Of a DNA stretch of 64,000 bases, positions 53,447-62,018 are shown piece after piece; the first letter of the stretch is position 1, and each line of letters starts with the position of its first letter. The notes under the pieces are model-generated. The model was not told the DNA's origin. It made no database searches and worked only from the letters and a program-made list of their open reading frames with translations. This DNA comes from Candidatus Bathyarchaeota archaeon. GTDB taxonomy: Archaea; Thermoproteota; Bathyarchaeia; Bathyarchaeales; Bathycorpusculaceae. The stretch lies in assembly GCA_026414485.1 (NCBI GenBank), contig JAOAIX010000010.1, forward strand, positions 4,371-68,370. The letters run 5' to 3'. Made by a program: the position numbers and the translations under genes.

Positions 53447-54871
53447 ATGAGTATACTGAGTCATGATAAGTTGTGGAACACCATAATTAGTATGCCCACT
53501 ACCAAAAAGATGCTTCAGCTCTCCCTGAAGAAGTGTATCAATTGCAACCGAACGGTACTTGAAGCTGCGCTGGACAGCTATGTTGACAAAGCGGATCCAA
53601 AATGCGAAAGGTGCAGCAAAACGTACTCTAAAATAATTGGGTTCTGGATAGAATTTTTGCGGAAAAGCCTCAACATCAAAAAAGAAAAAGTTGATAAACT
53701 CCTCTCTGATCCTTACGCACGGCGGGCTGTTCTCAACATCGCCCGCTCTTTTTACTATTACGGCATAAAAAAACCGATTTGCCTCCACGCACCTTTTCTT
53801 GTAGTATGGGACTTTACCCACAAATGTAACCTCCGTTGCAAACATTGCTACAGTAAAAGTGGAGCTGTACAAGAAGAAGAGCTAAAAACTCAAGAGGCAA
53901 AAAGAGTTGTTGATCAACTGGCAGACGCTGGAGTGACAGCGCTGGCGTTTTCAGGTGGTGAACCACTCACTCGTAACGACTTTTTTGAAGTTGCAAAACA
54001 CGCCGTAAAACGTGGTCTTTACGTTTCCGTCGCTACTAACGGCACTCTTCTAACCAAAGAAATGGCTCAAAAACTCAAAGAAGCCAAAATTCATTATGTA
54101 GAAATAAGCATTGACGGGGCAACAGCCAAAACCCATGACTCCTTCCGCGGCGTAATTGGTGCTTTTGACAAAGCTGTAGAGGGCTTAAAAAACTGCGTTG
54201 AAGCTGATTTGTGTGCTTGTATTGCAACTACTGCTACCAAGAATAATCTTGAAGAATTCCCTGCAATAATCGACTTGGCAGAGGAAATTGGAGCAGAGCG
54301 CTTCACCTACTTCAATTTCATACCCACGGGAAGAGCTAAAGAACATTTCGAGCAGGACCTCTCTCCTGAAGAACGTGAAAAATTAATGCGGTATTTGCTA
54401 AACAGAATGTCAAAAGGTTGTAAAACAACTATTCTAACTACTGCTCCACAGCTGGCACGTGTAGCTCTGCAATGTCAAGGTCCTACGGGTACAGGTGAAG
54501 TCACCATGAGCATGGCACATATGCAAACGGTCAAGGTCAGCAAAAAAGCTATTCCACTCGCAGATTTTATCGGAGGATGTGGAGCAGGTAGACTCTACTG
54601 TTCACTGAACCCACAAGGCGACGTATACCCATGTGTCTTCTTCCCTTTAACAGTCGGCAACCTTAAAACACAAAACTTCCAAGACATATGGCTCAACTCC
54701 ACAATGTTCAAAGATCTACGGAACAGAAAGAAACTCAAAGGTACATGTGGAACCTGTAACTACAAATACATCTGCGGTGGATGCAGAGCACGAGCCAACG
54801 CTTACTACGGCGATTTTCTTATGTCTGACCCTGGTTGTGCCTACGGCAAGAAGCGAAAAGGAACCAAGTAA
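53447..54871 (+). CDS. Radical SAM/SPASM-domain protein (AhbC/AhbD/NirJ-like) with ~110-aa N-terminal Cys-containing extension
   Basis: 474 aa. N-terminal CINCN...CERC, radical SAM motif CNLRCKHCY, GGEPL, and SPASM region CGTCNYKYICGGCRARANAYYGDFLMSDPGCAY. Confidence 0.75.
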   Translation: MSILSHDKLWNTIISMPTTKKMLQLSLKKCINCNRTVLEAALDSYVDKADPKCERCSKTYSKIIGFWIEFLRKSLNIKKEKVDKLLSDPYARRAVLNIARSFYYYGIKKPICLHAPFLVVWDFTHKCNLRCKHCYSKSGAVQEEELKTQEAKRVVDQLADAGVTALAFSGGEPLTRNDFFEVAKHAVKRGLYVSVATNGTLLTKEMAQKLKEAKIHYVEISIDGATAKTHDSFRGVIGAFDKAVEGLKNCVEADLCACIATTATKNNLEEFPAIIDLAEEIGAERFTYFNFIPTGRAKEHFEQDLSPEEREKLMRYLLNRMSKGCKTTILTTAPQLARVALQCQGPTGTGEVTMSMAHMQTVKVSKKAIPLADFIGGCGAGRLYCSLNPQGDVYPCVFFPLTVGNLKTQNFQDIWLNSTMFKDLRNRKKLKGTCGTCNYKYICGGCRARANAYYGDFLMSDPGCAYGKKRKGTK

Positions 54872-54872
54872 G

Positions 54873-55832
54873 ATGCCACCCACCAAAATCGTGAAAATTT
54901 GTCAAGCAAAACAAGATATATCAGACATCTTGAAAGAGGCAGTAAAAAATTCAGATCTAAAAGGTAAAAACCGAATCTTCATAAAACCCAACTTAAGTCA
55001 CCCTGAATATCTGCCAGGCGTTGTTACTGACCCTTACCTTACTTATTTACTCGTCAGTTTACTACGTAATAATGCCCAAGAAGTCATCGTAGGAGAATCT
55101 GACGGGTTCAACTATCCATGCCGAGTTGCCTTCCAAAAAACAGGTATGGAAGCAGCTGTAAAAAAAGCGGGCGGCACAATCATAAACCTCTCAGAAGACC
55201 AAATCATCAAAGTTAAATTTCCAGAAAGCAATACCCCCATCAAACACTTGTTTCTACCTAAAACCATACTTGATGCTGACGCTAGAATAGATTTACCCCT
55301 GATGAAAACACACGAGTTCATGCTTTATAGTGGAGCCATCAAAAACCTCTTCGGCTGCATACCCAGCAACCGAAGAATCTACCTACACCCTTATCTACCC
55401 GCCGTATTCTTCTATCTCTACCAGCTTTTCAAGCCACAGCTCACAATCATGGACGCCCGTACAGGTATTGAAGGTAACGGACCCACTAAAGGTAAACCTG
55501 TAAAGCTTAATCTCATAATTACAGGAACCGATGCCCTTGCCGTTGACATTGTCTCGACTCAGGTTATGGGTTTAAAATGGAAAGAGACCTACCTCAACTA
55601 CATAGCTAAAAAAACAAGTTTCCAAGAAGAAGACATTCAAATTCAAGGACCACAAATCTCAGAGGTTAAACGTGAATTTGAACTTCCACGTATAGACTTA
55701 CCTGTTAAAGCCCAGATGGAAATCTATAAGCACGAATATCTAACAAAGTTTTTCTTCTGCTCTCTTGATGTGGTTAAACTGTTCCAAAAGGTAACCTTAG
55801 CTTACAGAGGTAAAACAGTTCAATTTGTCTAA
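54873..55832 (+). CDS. DUF362-domain protein
   Basis: The track ORF begins at 54747, inside the upstream gene. ATG 54873 (MPPTKIVKIC...), 1 nt after the upstream stop, is the plausible start. IFIKPNL..., GESDG and LKTHE-like (MKTHEF) segments are typical of DUF362. Confidence 0.6.
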   Translation: MPPTKIVKICQAKQDISDILKEAVKNSDLKGKNRIFIKPNLSHPEYLPGVVTDPYLTYLLVSLLRNNAQEVIVGESDGFNYPCRVAFQKTGMEAAVKKAGGTIINLSEDQIIKVKFPESNTPIKHLFLPKTILDADARIDLPLMKTHEFMLYSGAIKNLFGCIPSNRRIYLHPYLPAVFFYLYQLFKPQLTIMDARTGIEGNGPTKGKPVKLNLIITGTDALAVDIVSTQVMGLKWKETYLNYIAKKTSFQEEDIQIQGPQISEVKREFELPRIDLPVKAQMEIYKHEYLTKFFFCSLDVVKLFQKVTLAYRGKTVQFV

Positions 55833-57022
55833 CCAAGAACCTCTTCGTAAACAGCCATAGTTTTCTTAACTAGTATACGCCAGTCAAATCTTTCCTCTAT
55901 CGTTTTCCGTGCAGAATTCCCCATCTCTTGAGCCTCAGTCGGATGCTCCAAAAAATACAAAATACGCTCAGAAAACTGTTCAGCATTAAATGCTTCGCAT
56001 AGGAAACCATTCTTACCATCAGTTATCGTCTCAGGTATTCCGCCTACACGATTAGTTACCACAGGTAACCCTGTAGCCAACGCTTCCAACACTGCAAACG
56101 GGTGATGTTCATAAAAAGTGGAGAAGGCGAAAATATCCGCTGCTTGATACAAGCGAGGCAACTGGCGGTCAGGGTAGTAACCCGTGAATACTATGTGTTC
56201 TTTCACACCGAGTCTTTGGGCATACGCCAACAGTTTTTGCATTTCGCCGCTCTGTCCTTTTCCAGAGATTATAAACTTAGTATTTTTGAATCTACGAACC
56301 ACTTCAGGTATACTTTCTATGAGAGTAAATAAGCCCTTACGTGCATACAAACGACCCACAGACAATACGGCGATGTCAGAGGGATTGAAACCCAACTCCG
56401 CTTTAACTTTCTGCTTATCAAGTGTAGGTCTAAACTTGACCGTGTCTACACCGTTGTGTATGACACGGATTTTATTCTCTTTAACGCCGTAGTATTTTAC
56501 AAGTTCGCGGCGGGTAAACTCGCTCACCGCAATGAGTTTACGTGATCGCTCCATCATCTTTATCTCAAAAAGTCTCAAAAACCAATTGAAACTTACCATG
56601 AACTTCTCGTTTGCGTTTAACCGACTGTATGGTTCTCTACGGATGGCGTCGGCTTCCCCTTTCCACGTTGAATGTACTGTCGAAACTAGGGCTCGCCCAA
56701 AATCTACAGGTACTGCAAAATTTGGAACTAAAGGCAAATTCACATGAGCCACGTCAACACAGGCAACGTCACGAACGCGGCGCAATTTGTGCATGCTGGA
56801 AGACGCAAACATAAACGATTTTATTATGGGAGTCTTTGGAACCTTCAGGAAGTAAATGCTGCATTGTCGGTTAACTTTAACATCGCCAGTCTGCATGTAT
56901 CCAGTTACAATACAAACATCATAACGATTCTTCATGAGCTCCTTAGACAAATAGTAAACGTAGGCACCTGTACCACCTGACAAGGGCAAATACTCAGGAG
57001 AAATAAAACAAACTTTTGTCAC
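55829..57022 (-). CDS. Glycosyltransferase family 4 (GT-B)
   Basis: 397 aa. VCFISPEYLPLSGGTGAYV and a C-terminal E..PFAVLEALATGLPVV motif. Confidence 0.8.
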   Translation of the reverse strand: MTKVCFISPEYLPLSGGTGAYVYYLSKELMKNRYDVCIVTGYMQTGDVKVNRQCSIYFLKVPKTPIIKSFMFASSSMHKLRRVRDVACVDVAHVNLPLVPNFAVPVDFGRALVSTVHSTWKGEADAIRREPYSRLNANEKFMVSFNWFLRLFEIKMMERSRKLIAVSEFTRRELVKYYGVKENKIRVIHNGVDTVKFRPTLDKQKVKAELGFNPSDIAVLSVGRLYARKGLFTLIESIPEVVRRFKNTKFIISGKGQSGEMQKLLAYAQRLGVKEHIVFTGYYPDRQLPRLYQAADIFAFSTFYEHHPFAVLEALATGLPVVTNRVGGIPETITDGKNGFLCEAFNAEQFSERILYFLEHPTEAQEMGNSARKTIEERFDWRILVKKTMAVYEEVLG

Positions 57023-58020
57023 TGCTTTTTCAGCCTCCTTTTGTGGCGCAAAAAGCTAAGCGCAGCAAGAGCAGCACCTGAAAGCCAAGCAAAGGCCCGC
57101 ACAAAATACAAAACTACCAACCGCATCGCCGACCAATCTCTAAACTTCAAAGATACACGGACCGCAGAAACCACAAAATAAACAAAAGTAATCACAAACA
57201 GACCGCCTGCAACTAACCACAAAAAGCGTAACATATCCCAAATACCCAAAAATGCAAAACTAAAAATAACCAAAAATACCAAGGGTTGGATATTCATACC
57301 GAAATCTGTGATTTCATCTCCACGTGCCAACCGCCCATGTTTAAAGTATAATCTTAAGGTATTCTTGCCATACTGGAGCTGCTGGCGCCAGTACGCACCT
57401 AAAGTTCCACGGTGAAGATGAAAACATTTAGCCTCAGGCACATAAGCAATCTTGTAACCTCTCTGGCTTAAACGAAAACCAAAATCTGTATCATATTGAC
57501 TGGGAAAAGTCTCATCCCAACCACCAACCTCTTCAATCACACTTCTTTTGAGCAGCAGATTCATAGTAGCGATGCGACCTGTGTAAGCGCCTAGCCGACG
57601 GTAACGCACCTTAAGCTCGTAGCCTATGCTACGTGCCCACAGATTCTCAAAATTCCACGTCTCGATTCCACCGCTCACCCCCGCTACAGTAGGTTCACCT
57701 AAATGTACCACTAGTTTAAGCAACCAGTTGCGTTCCACTTTGGCATCTGCATCCACAAAACCCACCACAGGAAAACGAGCAAATTTTAAGGCGTAATTGT
57801 AAGCTGCCGGCGCATTAAAAGGCAACGAAAAAACTTGTGCAGGAAAACACTCGGCAATTTTAACCGTGTCGTCTGTAGAGCAGCCATCCATAACTAAAAC
57901 TTCAAAATGCTTCAGAGGGTAATTCTGTTCAAAAAGAGACCGCAAACATTCTCCTATAGTGTCTGCGCTGTTTCGTGCAGCAACAATTATTGAAACTTTG
58001 GGTAACTCTTCACTAGCCAT
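57019..58020 (-). CDS. Glycosyltransferase family 2 with C-terminal TM helices
   Basis: 333 aa. VSIIVAARNSA, FVDADA (DxD), QRGYKI, and a QxxRW-like RQQLQYG region. Confidence 0.8.
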   Translation of the reverse strand: MASEELPKVSIIVAARNSADTIGECLRSLFEQNYPLKHFEVLVMDGCSTDDTVKIAECFPAQVFSLPFNAPAAYNYALKFARFPVVGFVDADAKVERNWLLKLVVHLGEPTVAGVSGGIETWNFENLWARSIGYELKVRYRRLGAYTGRIATMNLLLKRSVIEEVGGWDETFPSQYDTDFGFRLSQRGYKIAYVPEAKCFHLHRGTLGAYWRQQLQYGKNTLRLYFKHGRLARGDEITDFGMNIQPLVFLVIFSFAFLGIWDMLRFLWLVAGGLFVITFVYFVVSAVRVSLKFRDWSAMRLVVLYFVRAFAWLSGAALAALSFLRHKRRLKKQ

Positions 58021-58022
58021 CT

Positions 58023-58787
58023 CTAACTCCTCAGATATGCTGAAATAATGGATATCAAAATTTTGAGTCCATCAACTAACGGATCCACGTGTGACCTGCC
58101 ATAGGTACGTTGCACGAAACTTATAGGTACCTCCTTGATTCGAAAGTGGTTTTTAGCAGTTTTCACTAGCATCTCAGACTCAATCTCATACTCCACAGAC
58201 CACAACTTCATACACCGCAACACTTGCCGTGTCATAACGCGGTAACCTGACTGAGAATCCGTAATTGGACTTCGAATGAGAAAATGAATGAGAAAATTAA
58301 AAAGTCGGTTGCCAGCAGCGTTAATTCGCTTCGCATAAAAAGTATGTGCATTCATAAACCTGGAACCGATAACCAAATCTGCTTCATCCGCCAACAGTGG
58401 CTTGAGTAATCTTGACAGTTCTTCAGGTCTGTGAGAACCATCAGAATCAATCGTAGCCACTATGTCACCGTTAGCCTTGGCAAACCCTACACGTAAAGCA
58501 TATCCTTTACCTCTGTGCTGCTTTAACCTGTAAACCAAAATATTATGCCGTTTGGCAACCTCCACTGAGTTATCGTGAGAAAAATCATCAACTACAATAA
58601 TTTCATGATTTAAACCTGTCTTTTGCAGAACTACTTTCAAACGTTCGATAACATTGCCTACCGTCGGTTCCTCATTAAACACGGGAATAACAACTGAAAT
58701 CATTTTACAGTTTGTTCGCATCTTGCTAAGAAGCTGAATGCAACACTTTATAAACTTTGGCTGTGGCTTTTTATCAAGCCGCCACAC
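58023..58787 (-). CDS. Glycosyltransferase family 2, dolichyl-phosphate mannose/glucose synthase-like
   Basis: Probable start is ATG 58703 (MISVVIPVFNE). VVDDFSHDNS, TIDSDGS. Confidence 0.8.
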   Translation of the reverse strand: MWRLDKKPQPKFIKCCIQLLSKMRTNCKMISVVIPVFNEEPTVGNVIERLKVVLQKTGLNHEIIVVDDFSHDNSVEVAKRHNILVYRLKQHRGKGYALRVGFAKANGDIVATIDSDGSHRPEELSRLLKPLLADEADLVIGSRFMNAHTFYAKRINAAGNRLFNFLIHFLIRSPITDSQSGYRVMTRQVLRCMKLWSVEYEIESEMLVKTAKNHFRIKEVPISFVQRTYGRSHVDPLVDGLKILISIISAYLRS

Positions 58788-58820
58788 AAGAAAAATTAAC
58801 GGAGTACGGAAAAGAGGAAC

Positions 58821-59363
58821 ATGCTGGAAAACAGACCAACAGAGAAAGTCATCTGGTTTTCTATGTGGTTTTTAACTTCAATCGCAACTTTCGGCATCGG
58901 GTTTTTTCCGATGTTCTATAGTCTTATAGAAAGTCGAAATAGGCATTTCCAACGTGAGGCTGCACTTGAAAAACAAATTACGACAACCCTCGAAGCTCAG
59001 GGCAAAAAAATCCCAAAAAACATGGTAGAACCACCTGACAGAAACGCCATAGCATGGACAATATTCATAGTCCTCATTGTACCTGTGTTCATACTTCTCT
59101 ATCTTTTATCCAAAGATCTACTTACACATGAAAAACATCAAGACGAATTTTTTACAGAATTGTTTCCAGAAAGAGTGTTCATGCCTCAGACAATACCGAT
59201 AAAAAAATATGTCCTCATAACGATAGTTACGTTTGGAATAGGTGGCATTTACTGGCTCTACAAAATCATAAATAACTACAATGCCCACTTCAAAGCACAA
59301 TGGAAATTAGAAAAAGAAATTTTACGCTTGATGGAGGAAAACAAACTTGGAAAATCCCTGTAA
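58821..59363 (+). CDS. Hypothetical membrane protein with internally duplicated DUF4234-like motif
   Basis: 180 aa. TFGIGFFPMFYSLIESRNRHF and TFGIGGIYWLYKIINNYNAHF repeat each other. Confidence 0.4.
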   Translation: MLENRPTEKVIWFSMWFLTSIATFGIGFFPMFYSLIESRNRHFQREAALEKQITTTLEAQGKKIPKNMVEPPDRNAIAWTIFIVLIVPVFILLYLLSKDLLTHEKHQDEFFTELFPERVFMPQTIPIKKYVLITIVTFGIGGIYWLYKIINNYNAHFKAQWKLEKEILRLMEENKLGKSL

Positions 59364-60465
59364 ACAGAAACGATTCGTAAGTCACGGGGGTGACGTGTGG
59401 GGTTTTAGTAGAAAATACAATATTCCCCTCGAAAACGTTCTGGACTTCAGTGGTCCCATTAATTTTCTTGGACCATCTCGAAAAGCTGTTGAAGCGGTAA
59501 AGGAGTACGCTAAACTTATAAGGTTTTATCCTGACCCAAACCCAGTTGCACTACGCGAGGAAATCGCCACATATGTGGGTCACGGAGTATGTACCGACAA
59601 CGTCATTTTGGGCAATGGCTCCATAGAACTAATCTACATGATTACTGAGATTTTTCCGCCGAAATTTAAAGCTGTAATTCCTGTGCCTTCATTTACTGAA
59701 TATGAAAAAGCCACATTACGCGTAGGCGGAGAAGTAAGATATGTACAATTGCCAGAAAGCTTTGACCTAATAATTGAGGACGTAAAGAAGGCAGTAACCG
59801 AAGATACCCGTATCGTCTGCATCTGTAACCCTCATAGTCCTTCAGGGCGACTCTATCAAAAAGAGGAATTATTAGAGTTGTTGGAGTTCTGCGAGAAAAG
59901 AGACATCATATTTAGCATTGATGAAAACTATATAGAATTTGCCGCAGAAGGAGAAGAAAATACACTTGCAGGCTACGTAAAGAAGTACGAAAACTTGTTT
60001 GTCATCAGATCAGTAACTAAATTCTATGGAATGCCTGGCATACGTTTTGGCTATGGCATAGCAGCTGAAAATCTCATAGAGAAGCTACAAATTGTGAGAC
60101 AGCCGTGGAGTATTAACGGTTTAGCAGGATTTGCCACTTTGGCGGCTTTCAGAGACTCCGACTTTATCCAAAACGCCAAACATACAATAGCAAAGGAGAG
60201 GGCAACCTTTAGCAAAATGCTAAGTAACATTGAAGGATTGAAAGTTTTCCCTTCTGAAACCAACTTCTTGCTTGTGAAAATTCTGAATCCTAAATTAACC
60301 GCCACTAAACTGAAGGAAGAGCTGGCTAGTGAGGGCTTTCTTATTAGAGATTGCAGCACCTTTGTTGGCTTAGACAGTAGCTATTTTAGGTTGACAGTAC
60401 GTTCAGCGGCGGATAATGTGAGACTTGTGGAAGCTTTGAAGGAAAAAATCCGAAAACTATCATAA
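59347..60465 (+). CDS. cobD: Threonine-phosphate decarboxylase CobD-like, class I/II aminotransferase fold
   Basis: 372 aa. N-terminal HGGDVWGF......VLDFSGPINFLGP is typical of CobD rather than HisC. Followed by NPHSPSG and SVTKFYGMPGIRFGY (PLP lysine region). Confidence 0.65.
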   Translation: MENPCKQKRFVSHGGDVWGFSRKYNIPLENVLDFSGPINFLGPSRKAVEAVKEYAKLIRFYPDPNPVALREEIATYVGHGVCTDNVILGNGSIELIYMITEIFPPKFKAVIPVPSFTEYEKATLRVGGEVRYVQLPESFDLIIEDVKKAVTEDTRIVCICNPHSPSGRLYQKEELLELLEFCEKRDIIFSIDENYIEFAAEGEENTLAGYVKKYENLFVIRSVTKFYGMPGIRFGYGIAAENLIEKLQIVRQPWSINGLAGFATLAAFRDSDFIQNAKHTIAKERATFSKMLSNIEGLKVFPSETNFLLVKILNPKLTATKLKEELASEGFLIRDCSTFVGLDSSYFRLTVRSAADNVRLVEALKEKIRKLS

Positions 60466-60555
60466 TACACAATTCGTCAACTCAAATTTTTATTTGTTGA
60501 GAAACCTCAAAGAAACACGTTTATATTTTGGTGAAGATGAGTATCACTGACTCTA

Positions 60556-61959
60556 TTGAAAATGGGAAAACAATCACAGCAGGAGAAGTACAACTTGATT
60601 TTATTGATGACTACTGCGCCGTCTGAAAATGCGCCATGGTATCTTGGCAGAAAATTTCCGCCCTTAGGTTTATCCTATGTTGCCGCGTCGTTGGAAAAGG
60701 CAGGTTTCCAAGTTCAGGTACTTGACAATTACTTGCTCAAAAAACCCATAAATGAAGTTAAACGTTTGGTTAAACAGATTAACCCTGAAATCGTTGGCAT
60801 AACTTGCAGCTCTTCCACTTACAACAAATGTGTTGAAACCGCTACCGCTATTAAAGAAGTTGCACCTGCCTGCAAGATTGTGGTAGGTGGCTGGCATCCT
60901 AGCTACGTGCCTGACAGCATGCTTCAGCACGCTCAAATCGACTATGCCATCATGGGTGAAGGTGAACGTGCAATGGTGGAACTTGCGATGTACCTTTTCA
61001 AAGGCGAGAAAAAAGTTGCACTTGACTCAATCGCAGGAGTTGCCTACAAAAGAGACGGAAAAATATTGAAAAATACACCGCAATTCATCGACAATTTGGA
61101 CGAGATACCGTTTCCTGCACGGCATCTTCTGCCCATGGAATTGTACGAGAGAAAAATGGAGTTTCTCGACGTAGAACCTGTAGACATAATGAGCATTATT
61201 CGCGGCTGCCCCTTTAACTGTGCTTTCTGTGAAACGCGGAAAATGTGGGGACCAATCTGCCGCTTCTTTAGTCCAAAACGGGTTATAGATGAAATCAAAC
61301 ATCTCAAAGACAACTATGCCTCTAAGGGCATCTATTTCATAAACGACAACTTTACTATCCGAAAAAAAGAAACATTGGAACTCTGCGAACTTATGAAGCA
61401 AGAGAAACTTGATATCCAGTGGATTTGCGATACACGCGCTGATATGGTACAGCGTGAACTTTTGGTAAAAATGCGAGAGGCAGGTTGCAAGACTATCTGG
61501 TTTGGTGTAGAGTCAGGTTCTCCACGTATCTTACAAAAAATCAATAAGAATATCAGTTTAGAGCAGACCGAATACGCGTTTAAACTCTGCCGCAAAGAAG
61601 GAATACAAATCGCCTGCAGTTTCATTTTGGGAGTTCCAGGCGAAACCATACAAGATATGGAAGCGACACTTAAATTTGCCAAGAAACTTAACCCTGACCT
61701 TTGCCAATTTAACATTTTTATTGCGTACCCCGACAGTAGCCTTTATGAGGAAATTCTGCAAAGTGGCAACTACGATAAACTAGACGATTTCTTGCTGGCT
61801 ACCAAAACAGACGAGTTTGACTTCAAAAAACTAATTGAAATTCAACGTCGCTTTCACAAGGAATTCACGAGGTCACCTAGACGAATTCTGTGGAAAACCA
61901 AACGTGATGGCCCAGTAAAGGTTCTTAAGCAAGGTTTTAAAATTTTAACTTCAAAATAG
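60556..61959 (+). CDS. B12-binding-domain radical SAM protein (class B), paralog of 29941..31350
   Basis: 467 aa. FPPLGLSYVAASL, VGITCSS, VVGGWHPS, and radical SAM motif CPFNCAFC. Probable start is ATG 60562. Confidence 0.8.
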   Translation: MKMGKQSQQEKYNLILLMTTAPSENAPWYLGRKFPPLGLSYVAASLEKAGFQVQVLDNYLLKKPINEVKRLVKQINPEIVGITCSSSTYNKCVETATAIKEVAPACKIVVGGWHPSYVPDSMLQHAQIDYAIMGEGERAMVELAMYLFKGEKKVALDSIAGVAYKRDGKILKNTPQFIDNLDEIPFPARHLLPMELYERKMEFLDVEPVDIMSIIRGCPFNCAFCETRKMWGPICRFFSPKRVIDEIKHLKDNYASKGIYFINDNFTIRKKETLELCELMKQEKLDIQWICDTRADMVQRELLVKMREAGCKTIWFGVESGSPRILQKINKNISLEQTEYAFKLCRKEGIQIACSFILGVPGETIQDMEATLKFAKKLNPDLCQFNIFIAYPDSSLYEEILQSGNYDKLDDFLLATKTDEFDFKKLIEIQRRFHKEFTRSPRRILWKTKRDGPVKVLKQGFKILTSK

Positions 61960-62018
61960 TTTGGCTTTTTGCTCTAATAGAAATTCAATAAAAAAAGGAA
62001 AAGAGAAGGAATATATAG

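Noticed and set aside
60540-60629. 29-aa ORF overlapping the start of the second B12-radical SAM gene out of frame.
   Set aside because: It overlaps the conserved N-terminal beta-strand region of the enzyme and nothing else supports it.
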